Of a stretch of 64,000 nt of DNA, positions 1 through 26,633 are shown piece after piece (positions within the stretch are counted from its first letter, which is position 1; every line of letters starts with the position of its first letter). Source of the DNA: Lingula anatina (lineage: Eukaryota > Animalia > Brachiopoda); contig CM120646.1 of NCBI GenBank assembly GCA_051362555.1, positions 3,534,001 through 3,598,000 on the forward strand. Direction: 5' to 3'. The notes under the pieces are model-generated. The model saw only the letters and a list, made by a program, of their open reading frames with translations. It had not been told where the DNA came from and made no database searches. The position numbers and the translations under genes are program-made.

Positions 1-1100
1 AGATTGCCAGTATAGGACTTCCTATTCAAGTTCAATAGTAACTACGGACCTATCTCAGCCAGTTTTGGAGATAAAAGGGAAGCAAAATTTGCAAAATTCA
101 GTTCATGGTGAAAAGTAGGTCAAAGGTCAATTTCAAGGTCACATTTACATTGCCAGTATATGACTTTCTATTCAAGATCAATAGTAACTATGGACCTATC
201 TCTGCCAGTTTTGGAGATAAAAGGGAAGCAAAATTTGCAAAGTTCAGTTTATGGTGAAAAGTAGGACAAAGGTCAATTTTAATGTCACATTTATAATGGC
301 AGTATATGACTTCCTATTCAAGTTCAATAGTAACTACGGACCTATCTCAGCCAGTTTTGGAGATAAAAGGAAAGCAAAATTTGCAAAATTCAGTTCATGG
401 TGTAAAGTAGGTCAAAGGTCAATTTTAAGGTCACATTTAGATTGCCAGTATGTGACTTCCTATTCAAGTTCAATAGTAACTATGGACCTATCTCTGCCAG
501 TTTTGGAGATAAAAGGGCAGAAAAGTTTGCAAAGTTCAGTTTATGGTGAAAAGTAGGTCAAAGGTCAATTTCAAGGTCACATTTAGATTGCCAGTATATG
601 ACTTCCTATTCAAGTTCAATAGTAACTATGGACCTATCTCTGCCAGTTTCGGAGATAAAAGGAAAGCAAAATTTGCAAAATTCAGTTCATGGTGAAAAGT
701 AGGTCAAAGGTCAATTTTAATGTCACATATAGATTGCCAGTATATGACTTCCTATTCAAGTTCAATAGTAACTACGGACCTATCTCTGCCAGTTTTGGAG
801 ATAAAAGGAAAGCAAAATTTGCAAAATTCAGTTCATGGTGTAAAGTAGGTCAAAGGTCAATTTTAAGGTCACATTTAGATTGCCAGTATATGACTTCCTA
901 TTCAAGTTCAATAGTAACTATGGACCTATCTCTGCCAGTTTTGGAGATAAAAGGGAAGAAAAATTTGCAAAGTTCAGTTCATGGTGAAAAGTAGGTCAAA
1001 GGTCAATTTCAAGGTCAAAGTAAGATTGCCAGTATATGACTTCCTATTCAACTTCAATAGTAACTATGGACCTATCTCTGCCAGTTTTGGAGATATAAGG
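1..1100. repeat. Tandem satellite array, 146-bp monomer, about 7.5 copies (truncated at window start)
   Basis: The motif agattgccagtata (or a variant) recurs near 1, 147, 293, 439, 585, 731, 877 and 1023, a constant 146-bp period with few substitutions. Confidence 0.97.
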
Positions 1101-2077
1101 GACTAGATGTTATAATTTTGGAGTTACCATAATGTGCCTTAAATTTCGTACAGAAAAAATTAATTAAAATAAAGAAAATGTCATTTTGGTCAAAATTCTT
1201 GAAATAGGAGGTGCTCTGAAGTTTCAGAATTTCAAATTTGATGAAATAATGTCATTTTTGAACACAAGTTGTCTGCTTTGCCAAGCCTTATGTTTTATTT
1301 TTCCACAGTTCAAAATTTATTATCCATTACCGTACTGCACATTTTGCTTTTACCACCAATATGTACTTTTTGATACAGCGTAACTCGAAAACCGTATGGA
1401 ATACAAAAAAACCGAGACCACCTCCAGTGTTGGGCTTTACATGCTCTACAAAATGCAAAAAAGATTGGGTCTCTAGCATTAACGGTTCCCGAATTAGAGA
1501 CAGTTTTCAGTTTCAGTATCTTATGGCCGCTACTTCCGTGAAAATGCACCGATTGACCCCAAATTCATGGAGATGAAAGATGACCTGAAGGGTAACACTT
1601 TCCAATAATATTATTGGTTAAGTCTGTGTGGTGTCTGAATAACAGGGCAAAAAAAATTTTTTTCGTAAAAAATTTCATTTTTTTGAAAATTTTGGCCCAT
1701 TTGACCTTGAAGTAGAGGTCAAAGGTCAAATCCAAGGGTATATTTGAAATCTACACATATGACTTTTGGAAAGCCGTCTATAGAAATTTTTCCCATAACT
1801 CCTTCCGTAGGGTAGATAATTAGCATTTAATTTTGCCATTTTTAGACAAGGGTGCATTGCAATGAGTGCCACACCCAGACCCCAATACCGACAAAGCCCA
1901 AATTTTACGTGGAACGAGTTGAGATTATAGGTGACCTAAATCCATGAGATGGGTACGGGGGCCCTTACCGTCTAGGAGGAGAAGCAGTAACGGTAGCCGT
2001 CCGGCGGAGCCGGCAGAACGATCCGGACGGGACCGAAACCATGTGTACCGCCAGTGCTAACGTTGGTGGTACAACAA
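1101..2077 (+). mobile_element. Probable 3' part of a Helentron/HINE-like non-autonomous element carrying the satellite
   Basis: Residual ggtcaaaggtcaa motif near 1717-1729, a ccgg/acgg-rich tract at 1990-2035 and a terminal stem-loop tgtaccgccagtg-ctaa-cgttggtggtaca (2044-2073) followed by an A/T tract. This resembles mollusc pearl/HINE elements; the classification is inference. Confidence 0.5.
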
Positions 2078-2082
2078 TATAA

Positions 2083-2296
2083 GGCCTATTCCCAATAAAA
2101 CATTGTTCTTTCCCACCCCATGGAGATTCTCGTTGATTGCAATCAGATTAACTGACTTACAGGCCTCCTCCTAGCATTGAGTAGAATACAAAAGCTGGTG
2201 ATTATACACTGTAAACAAGAGGTGTGTTAATCTGATTGCATTCAGCAAGAGTCCCCATCAATCTTTGTAAAATGACAGTTTCAATGAGAATGGACC
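2083..2296. mobile_element. Degenerate MITE with internal inverted repeats
   Basis: Starts taa|ggcctattccca and ends tgagaatggacc. Internal arms ttctcgttgattgcaatcagattaac / gttaatctgattgcattcagcaagag. Confidence 0.55.
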
Positions 2297-2385
2297 AACA
2301 GGCTTTGCCTTTCTTGTAAAGCCATGGGTCAAGCAGATGGTCTCTGTGCAATTGGCTAGTATGGTGCTAAAGTGCTTCATAAGCT

Positions 2386-2643
2386 GCAGTCAGATTCAAA
2401 CGGACTAGCTGGATCTATCCAATTCTTCTGGGGATTCTCACTAAATTGCATTTAGTGTAATCAACTTAATTGTCTGACATGCCTCCTGGAACAGTAAGGT
2501 GGTAATTAACTTTGGTGTGGGCTATCCCCTAGCAGCTTGAGGAGGCCTGTCAGATATTTAAACTGATTACGGTGATTGCACTTAGGGAGAATCTCATGCA
2601 GAGTTAATTCGATCCAGTTAGTCTGATGGGTTTATCTGAATGC
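2386..2643. mobile_element. Degenerate MITE related to the 2083-2296 element
   Basis: Inverted ends gcagtcagattcaaacggactagctggatc / gatccagttagtctgatgggtttatctgaatgc. A similar core occurs near 30020-30130. Confidence 0.5.
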
Positions 2644-5359
2644 TCCGATAGAGTAAGCGTGCTATACCTTGAAAAGTTCCTAGTTAATTTCTTGTTAAGT
2701 GGCACCCTGCCCAAGGAAGCTGTGGAGTGGCCTAGAAAAAGCACATGCTTGCACAGTCACACACATCACAGGAAGAAACAAACACATTTAGATACAAGGC
2801 TCAATACAAAGCTTGGACCCGTCACACTTGTGTGATGGGTCCTAGGATGAAGCAACATTTTTGCCATTTTATAACCCTGAAAAGGAATTATAGTAAAATA
2901 TGTGAGAGAGTGCAATTTTTTTTTGTCTTATGTAAGAACCCAAAATTCTTCAGAAAGTCTGGTCATTTTAGGACATTTAAGCAGATCTATATCTTCTTTG
3001 TATTTTTTTTTTTCATATTGAACCAAAACATATACACTGAAAAGAAGAGCTTTGTAATACTGGAGAGTGATGTAGGAGATACACCACATTAAATTACAGG
3101 CACATACAAGCAGTGTTATGAACATGACAAAGGATTATACTAAGTATGATAACTTGAAGGACTGACAAAATGCAATAAAAGATTGAATGTCACCAAAACC
3201 AAATTTAAGAATGATAAGATTAATGTATATCATGTAGTATTATTCCACTGAATTACTCTCATTACTCAGCCATTTTCTTTACATTTGGCTTACAGCACTT
3301 CTAACTACCACAGTATTGTTTTCACAAATTTCCCTTTCATTTTCACCACCCTAACCATATTTTCCCATTCTCCAGAGACCACACCAGTGCCTGTCCATAG
3401 CAGCTCTCTAACAGACACCCTTCTAGCTGTTCTACAAATTACTGAAATAGTTATAATTTATTCATATTTATAATAAATTATATATAATTTATTATTTTGT
3501 AACTGCTAGATCTGTCACAGCTAGAAAGACATGTAGTCGAGAACAATCACCAATAGAAGAAAACCATCCCAATCAGCTACTTGAGAGACTTTTTTTTCAA
3601 GATTTTCTGCGTGTTGTTTACCATGATAATATCCTACATGAACAGGCCCTGAATATCAGAGGAGCTTTATCATATTTTTCCTACCACAGCACAGTCAAAA
3701 CTTGGTGGGAAAGCGTTCCTGTTATATCCACGTACATGTACTTCTATTATACAGGGCATTCTCACTTGCACTGCCACCCCAGCATCTTAATGATAAACCT
3801 TGGACCCACTCTGGCTAAACCTTAAAACCCCGACCACATCCACAGGTAGATAGAGCAGTATGTTTCCATTACCTTGTCCTTTGGAATCCTGGTTAGTTTC
3901 AGAGTTTGCCAGAAACAATAACCTTCATTATCAGTGTGCCTTGATGCTTTGTCACCAGAAATGACAACTCCAGATATGTTGACAATAAAGGTTGTATAGT
4001 TTTCACTAAACTCTGAACTTTTGTGACCAAAATCCACAATCCCAATACATTTAAGACTAGATGAATCAGATTATAAATTAACTCCCTTCTCTTTCTTTAA
4101 TTCTTTCTTTCTGATTTCCTTTCTCAACCCTAAGCATGGGAGAAAGGAAGGTTCCAAGTACCCCTGATGTGCCAACACCATAGTTTAGTATATACCTGTG
4201 AGTAAACTGAACAAGCTGGGCAACATAATACATGTGACCTACAGTTCAGAGAAAGCCAGCATTGTGTTATCACAGTAAGTACCCATTATAAAATAATAAT
4301 AAAATCTCTTTTAAAATGCAGTGCAATATACTATGGAATATTTAGAATGCCAAATTTAATATATCTTAATACCTGCTGGTGCCTAAAAGACTAGATGCTA
4401 TTTCAGCTCTTGTGAGTCATCGTAGTTAAAACAAGATGGAGCTTTGTGACGCTTGACAGTGATCCTTAAAAAAATGAACAACAGCAACAAAAATAGTCAT
4501 GTTGTGCTTTAATTTTCTGACGGATCTAACTGATGAGCTCAATGGGTAAAAGACTGTCTTTTGCAAATGTAAAATGATAAAAAAAGCAAAAAAAATAGTT
4601 GTATTCATTGGGCTTATATGTACACCTTGAATGCATGATTTACAACACAAAATGTGACAGAGAGAAAGGCATGCCACCAACAACAGAAAAGAACAGCCAT
4701 GCAAAAATATTAGGACATGCATCACAATAAATATGACCATTAATATGTAACTTAAATACTCTTTGTCTCACATTCCAACATGACAAGTGTAATATAAGCA
4801 TATTCGTGATATTGTGATCTACACGAAAGCTGTCTGTGATGTCAAATACATTACAATTTTCATGCCAAAAAAAAAAAAAAAAATCCCGTGAGCTTCTGCA
4901 ATATACAGTTATTATATATCCTTTATATTTTACCTTAATTTTGATCAGTTTCAATCAAAAGTGATGTCTCTGTAGTTATTCCTTTAATATAATTGACACA
5001 TCTGGTAAGCATGAAAAAGGTCCCAAATTTTAAACTGTTTCAGTGCTTAATTTGGACAAATTCTCAGAAATAAAACAAAGCAACCTATGGTCCAAATGCA
5101 ACTGTATTACTTGTATTTTTAAGATTTACATTTAAATCAAAAAAAGATTTTTCTCTCAAATCTTCCCATCAAGCAAAGGCCCCGCAAATCCTTTCATATA
5201 GATATAATAACTTAAGATTAATCTTTGTGTTACTGGAATCTGTTAGTCTCGGATAAAAAAAAATCACCTTATTTTTAAATTTCACATTTTTGTTTCAATC
5301 CATTATTTGAAAAAAAATCACATATAAAAATATAATAAATAAAAATAAATAAGTAACTC

Positions 5360-14332
<8,973 letters not shown>

Positions 14333-14335
<3 letters not shown>

Positions 14336-14415
14336 CTTGTCTTGTTGATGTCTGCTAAATGACGTCACATTACACGAGAACGAGACCGGGAATTCCCTAA
14401 CAGGGGGCTTCCCCC
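14333..14415 (-). promoter_or_regulatory. TMEM245 proximal promoter with CRE and two kappaB-like sites
   Basis: TGACGTCA at 14360-14367, GGGAATTCCC at 14388-14397, GGGGCTTCCC at 14404-14413, and a YY1-like AAGATGGC over the ATG. Confidence 0.55.
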
Positions 14416-15334
14416 ACACTATTTGTAAACATGGCATATCTGAACTAGCTGTGGCTCACCATAACCATTGCATACCTCGATTTCAGTCTTTGAAGTTTTT
14501 ATCTGATTTAATCTTTTTTCCTTTGTAATATTGTAAATAGAATGAAAACTCAGACATGAACCTCGTCTAAGAAAAAAGAAATAATAATGAAACAAATTAA
14601 CAAATTTTTAAGGGGTAAAACACTTATTATGCTGGGATTTGGGCATGCCAACAGTCCTGTCAGAATTGATATAAGGATTCCAGAATTTGAATTATGTAGA
14701 AAATGGTTCATCTGTATACTTACGCAAGGCCATGTTTAAAATAATTGGACTTTCATTTCTGTTCTTATGTGACCTACTCAGTAACTCTGGTCATTTATTT
14801 ATAGGGAAGAAATAGAAGTGAAAAAAAACAGTATCAAAATATTACATGCACCTTTTATTCAGGAAAAAATAAAATGTAAAAGAGATATCAATTTATTGTG
14901 CGCATATTACATGATATCAATCACAGTACACAGTACTGAAGTCTTTTCTCTTTTAACATTAAAAGATATGCTTCTAAATAACTGACTTTAAGAGATTATT
15001 TTTAAATGAGGAGTTATATTTCCTTTTCTGTAAGCAGATACACAACCACAGCTTTGAGATGTAAAATTTCAATAAAACTGAAAATTTGGAAGACAGGACT
15101 TTTTATCCACATTAAATTTTTACAAAATTAGTACATTTAAACTAAAAGATATACCTGTATATCATGGACTGTTCTTCAATTGAAGAAGCAGATTAATAAT
15201 TTTTTATCATTTTTTTTAAATCTATTATTACCTCCTCCCTTGAAATTACTATGCATCTTATAAATGACTAACTGACATGTAAAAACTATGGCCATAAATT
15301 AATAAAAACAGATGGCCACACCATGCTGCTTAGC

Positions 15335-15395
15335 TGGATCCTCAAGTTGCTACTGACCACATGGTTTGTAGTAACAACCGTCATCAATGACATAG
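15335..15395 (-). promoter_or_regulatory. SECIS element (form 2) in the SELENOO 3' UTR
   Basis: Minus strand: ATGAC-GGTTGTTACT-ac-AAA-ccatgtggt-c-AGTAGCAACT-TGAG. It has the AUGA...GA quartet, a 10-bp helix II, unpaired apical AAA and a small apical mini-stem, about 700 nt past the stop. Confidence 0.88.
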
Positions 15396-16080
15396 TCAAT
15401 CAATCCACATCACAATACACTCCACGTAGTTGTGACAACGCTGTCACAACCAAAGAAGTCTGTATATTACCTAGATTTCTTGACCATGTCCTCCAGTAAG
15501 CAACATGTGCTGTTGACCTTGTGTCCACTTTCAGCAGGCTGGTTATGGATTGCTGCACTCTCTTGGCTTGTTTTCATGCTGTAAGGAGTGTTATTTTCCA
15601 AACAAGTCACCAAGAATGGGATAGTTCCACAAAAAACTGTTAACAGTGGTATAACTGTATTTGGAATTTCTTGTAGGTGTGAACAGTGGTAATATGGAGT
15701 CCTACAGTTAGCAAAGCTCTTTTCAATTTAGTAACAGGAAAATAACTCGTTGTTAGCCACATTCATAGACTGGGATCTGGTCCCTAGTTTCACAGAGATT
15801 CAATTGATGTTTGAGTTTAAATCTTAGTTTTCTTCAACCCATGACAAATCAGTCATTTTCCGCCGAAATGAAGAAACAGAAGTATCTGAAATTTTGCCTG
15901 ATTGTTTCTGTACTTGAGTGGATCACTACTGGCTTATGATGGAGTGTTTTACAGTGACTACCAACTAGGACAATATTTCTACTGTTCCACTGATACTTGT
16001 GCCAACTAGTCATTAGCATGTCTAAACACTGTCCATCTCATCTGGTCAGCCACCACCAGCCTGCAGTGGACACAAGGCGT

Positions 16081-21865
<5,785 letters not shown>

Positions 21866-22195
21866 TAATCACCAATAACTTAGCCCTCTTCTGTAATGTT
21901 CACTAGTGTTTCGTAAAGCTAAATGTCCGGGTACTTCTTGACATGTAGAGCGCTGAAAATATATGTTCTTTTGTTTACAAGTTTTATGTGGAATATACCT
22001 ACAGTAGTCATATAAGTAATAAACATATTCCAATAACACTCAATATGGAAGAAAATTCTTTAATAATTTTAAACCTATCTTCTTTTCAGTAGAATGATTT
22101 AATGTACGAAAGTAATCAAAAAATATAGAAACTACAGACATGTGTAGAGGCTAGCTTCGGATGTCAGGGTAGTTGCGTCAAGGTCACTGCCGGCC
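21866..22195. promoter_or_regulatory. Bidirectional promoter between SELENOO and PDSS1
   Basis: Divergent ATGs at 21865 (-) and 22196 (+) are 330 bp apart. TCAAGGTCA (ERR-type extended half-site) lies at 22178-22186. Confidence 0.75.
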
Positions 22196-25100
22196 ATGGC
22201 GAGTCGCGTGTGTCTGAAATGTCGGTGCACTCAAATTTTACCAAGTTTTAAACGAAACTTGGCAACTGGATATTTACAATCAGGACAGTTTTGTACATTT
22301 CTTCTTGGCTTCAACAGACGTCATATTCAATGGTCAACAAGAAATAATGCAGTAGTGAATCAGGTAAAGAGTTCCTTACGAAACTACTCTCGTTCTGGCA
22401 GTGGCAGACGAATTAATTTTTTAAAAATTATTAAACTTTGGTTTTTCTGTTATTAATAAGATATTAAAATTTTTGGGAATATGAATAGCCGCTGAATGGC
22501 ACTGGGAAAATTGAAAATTGCCGATTGCAAGCGTTTCAAATATCTGTTCCCTTTAGACGAGTAAAACTAGCATTTTCTTACTTTTCAAGTTTTTGAATTA
22601 ACTGATATTTGAATATGAAATAAAAAGTTTCAAATATCTTTTCGACATTTAACTTCAAATTGTAGGATTTACATAGATGAAGAGGCAATATCTGCCTTTT
22701 TATATTTTCTCATGAAAAAGACAAAAAATGAAAATCGTGAATAATTAAACTTCAACATTAAAATTAAGTTAAATCAAAATTTATCCAATTGAATAATGGG
22801 GACATTGAGCAGTACTCTCACCACACAACATAATTTTGATGAACATTGAAAATTAGAGAGTTACAGAGTGGAGAAGGAGGTGAATACTGAAATATTTTGG
22901 AATGGGTTTATATTTATTTATTTTGAATACATTTACATTCATATATATATTTTTTAATATTTGAACTAACTCAAAATTTCACTGAACTAACTCAAAATTT
23001 GCTCTTTTTCATCAGCATGATACCCATGTGCAAATACATAACATTCTTTTCTTTTATCATCTTTTTACAGGGTTTACCAGTTTTTTCTAAAAATGTTGGT
23101 GCAATGAAGAAGGATCAACACAGACAGAGCTTTAGCCATCAAACACGATCTTACTCTTCATCTCAACATATACCTCATATACCAGAACAACTGCCTTCAC
23201 ATGTAGATCCATTTAAATTAGTAGAAAAAGAAGTGTCACTGCTGACAGATGATATACAAAAGGTTAGTCACTTGCATATATGTCCCTGATTAAAATTTTT
23301 ATTTCCACTTAATTATTTTCTTTCATTTGTGCAAGACTTCACGGCAGATTTCTTTTGAATTTGAATGGGTTGTGAATTTAGGGAAATAGTGCCTATTTTT
23401 AAAATGGTTTTTGATAGTTTAAACCTACTATATATCTTTCACGTATGGATATATAATGCCAGAGGCAGAATTGACAGTTTTTTTTATGTTAACTTTGTAA
23501 AATTAATTTTGTTATTGAGAAAGAATTGTTACTATATTGTCACAGGACCTACATGTAATTTTTAAAATACTCTTTTCTCCATCCTTGATATCTTGTTTCA
23601 GGTATTTATCGTCTGTTATTTATTTTAATAAAAATTTAAATTACTGTTTTTGTTGAAGGAGCTTTACAATAGTGCTGGATCAGGGGATATCTTGGAGCCA
23701 GCTCAGTACCACTTTGATGGCAAAGGGAAATCTCTCAGGCCAATGGTAGTTCTCTTAGCTGCAAAAGCTTGTAATATTCACGAAGGGATCAATAGGTAAT
23801 GGTCAATGCATTCGTTAAAGATGAAACAAATATCTGAAAGTGGTAATTGCAGTGATTACTCAAAAATTGAAATACTTTTGTTCCAGGTAGTTCTTTACTC
23901 TAAGTGTAATTGTTGAAAAAGTAGACAATTGGTATGCACTTTTTAACTTATGTTATAAATGGGAAGAACGAATATAGTTTTAGAATGATGAAAAAAAGCA
24001 CTGTTATGTCCTTAATTTAAGTTAGACTTCAAGAAAACAATTGTATTTTTAAAAATATTTCCAGTATATTACCTAGCCAACAAAAGATTGGCATGGTAGC
24101 TGAAATGATCCACACTGCGTCTCTGGTTCATGACGATGTTATAGATGCTTCTGACACAAGGAGAGGCAAACCTAGTGTTTTTAAACTTTGGGGCCAAAGA
24201 AAAGTAAGTCGTGTCAACTTACAGTAGTCACTTTACTGCATGCTGGATTCAGTTCTGCTTCAGTGTTGATTTTAGTAGTAATCATGTTCATGTAAAAGTG
24301 GAAGTTATTTACTGAAATTGTTCAGAGTACTAAATATTTGTATTAAGGAGTTGAAGTTAAACAAAAACTTATGCTTCAAATACCGGTATTTTATGAATGC
24401 TGGAAAATCTATTTATGTTTAATTTCTTTCAGATTTACTGTTTTTATTACCTAGCTTGCAGATGATAGTTTTATGTGATGGAAACTTTTTTCTTTGCAAA
24501 ATTTCTATCATGAAATGATTATAATTTCAGGCAATTCTAACAGGAGATTTTATCCTGTCTGTTTCTTCCCAAGTTTTAGCAAGGATAGGAAATAAGGAAG
24601 TTGTTGGTGTGATGTCACTTATTCTTGATGATTTAGTACGAGGTACGTAGGGGCTATTGATTTTTAATATCAGCAATAGTGATTTTTTTCTGAGGTTTTA
24701 ATCTATTATACTGTATGAATAATGCATGGTCACTGGCACAATATTAGTTTGGGTGTGTATTTGCTGGGTGTATTTACTCAAAGCAAGTGCCTGTTTTACC
24801 TAAAATGGTTGTTTAACATTTGTGGACTTAAATAAGAAAAGGTAGTAATCTGTACAGATCAGTCATCATGAGTGTTTATTGGCACTGTTAAAATTATTCT
24901 GATTAATTATTTTAGAAAAAAAATATAGGACAAATTTATAAAAAGGTTTTCTTTAATAAAAGAAAAATGCCAGGTAAAAAAAGTTAATGCAGAAGTTTTG
25001 TTGAATCTATCATCAAAATGCCTAAATTGGTTACATATCCAGCATTGACTGGTGATGTCAAAATTTAAAAAAAAATACCCAATAACTACAATGATGTTAT

Positions 25101-26584
25101 TTTAGGGGAATTTATGCAACTTGGATCGAAGGAGGATGAGGAGAAAAGATTCAACCACTACCTCAAAAAAACATACAAGAAAACTGCTAGTTTGATAGCA
25201 AACAGCTGTAAATCAGTAAGTTGTCTTTTTAATGGTTTTGAATTATATCCAATACATGATTTATTGAAAGATATTTTGTTAAATAAATACTTAAACAGTA
25301 CACATTTTTCTAAATAAGTGGAATATCTGTAGTCGCAAATTCTTATTCAATCACATAAATTCCCACCCAGCCATCCTTTTGGTTAGAAGAGATTCACTCT
25401 GAATCCAAATTTGATTTAGGTTCTATGCTATGTAGTAAAGCGTAGTTTTTCACAAAAGGACTGCCCCCCATCAGGGCCGTAGCCTCCTGGGGGACAGGGG
25501 GGGGCAGCTGCCCCCCCTGGAATTTGGAATTTTACACACCACACCCACCCCCCTCGGTAGCTTCGCCCCTTTGTGTCCGCTTACTGCCCCCCCTGGCATT
25601 TTGCTCAGGCTACGGCCCTGCCCATACATTGCCAACAACAAGCATGTCATTAATGTGTACCTTAAAAGTTGAACATTTAAATAAAAAATTGCCACACCAA
25701 CCTTTGTCTTCTGCCAGTGGAATGTAATCAGTTTAGTTAGAGGTTTTAAAGATAATTTACGAGTACCAGGCACCTCCAGTTTCTTTTCTTCAAACATTTC
25801 TAGGTGGCAATACTTAGCAACTGCTCTGATGAAATAGTTGAAGTTTTATATAACTATGGTAAACACGCAGGGATAGCCTTCCAGGTGGGTGACTTCTTAG
25901 GACCAGAATTCAAGGTTAAAGGTTGGAGTTTGAAACATTTATGTCTGTTTTATTTATTTTTAAATTTGATATCAGTCTAAAATCAAAGTCATATTCAGAT
26001 GCATGTTGTAAGTGGTGATTTATGATTTAACAATGATTAACATATTATTGTGACTGGCTGTTGTTATGTAGAATTTAAACTGAAATGTTAATTGGTATTG
26101 ATCATCGGTTGTATTATATTTCATTCAGCTGATAGATGACCTTTTAGACTTCATATCAAATGAAGAACTGTTAGGAAAACCTGCTGCTGCTGACTTAAAA
26201 TTAGGACTGGCCACAGCCCCCGTGTTATTTGCATCACAGCAGGTACACTCAATTTCCTTAAAAGATACATTTCAGTGTTTAGTTAGTTATATCTTATTGT
26301 TCAGTGGTCTTATTCATTTGGTGAGACTATATATCTCGCAGACATGAGTCTAGGATTGCTTGATATTTTTAATAGACAGCTTTCATGGATTTATGATACC
26401 TTCAAGCAATATTTAATTGTCTGTTTTACCTGATTATCACGTGAACAAAAGACCTCAAATCATGATATCATCTCTGACTAAAGACATGCAGTTAGTCTGT
26501 GTTGTCCCTTCATTCCTTTACAATTTATGATCCCTTACGGGAATGGCTAAAAGGCAGAGGAAATTGGATCATCGTTTCATTTAC

Positions 26585-26633
<49 letters not shown>

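Noticed and set aside
251-994. Two near-identical 101-aa ORFs (251-556, 689-994)
   Set aside because: They are translations of the 146-bp satellite (438 bp = 3 monomers), not genes.
1-1100. Regularly spaced repeats as a CRISPR array
   Set aside because: The monomers are contiguous with no unique spacers, there are no cas genes, and the context is eukaryotic.
14336-14437. N-terminal extension MPCLQIVWGKPP... of the TMEM245 ORF
   Set aside because: It overlaps promoter-like motifs. The ATG at 14335 has a strong context (AAGATGG) and is the likelier start.
26586-26632. Long poly-A runs (also 17378-17409, 33743-33766) as retro-insertion tails
   Set aside because: No adjacent retroelement body or TSD; homopolymer runs are common throughout this window.
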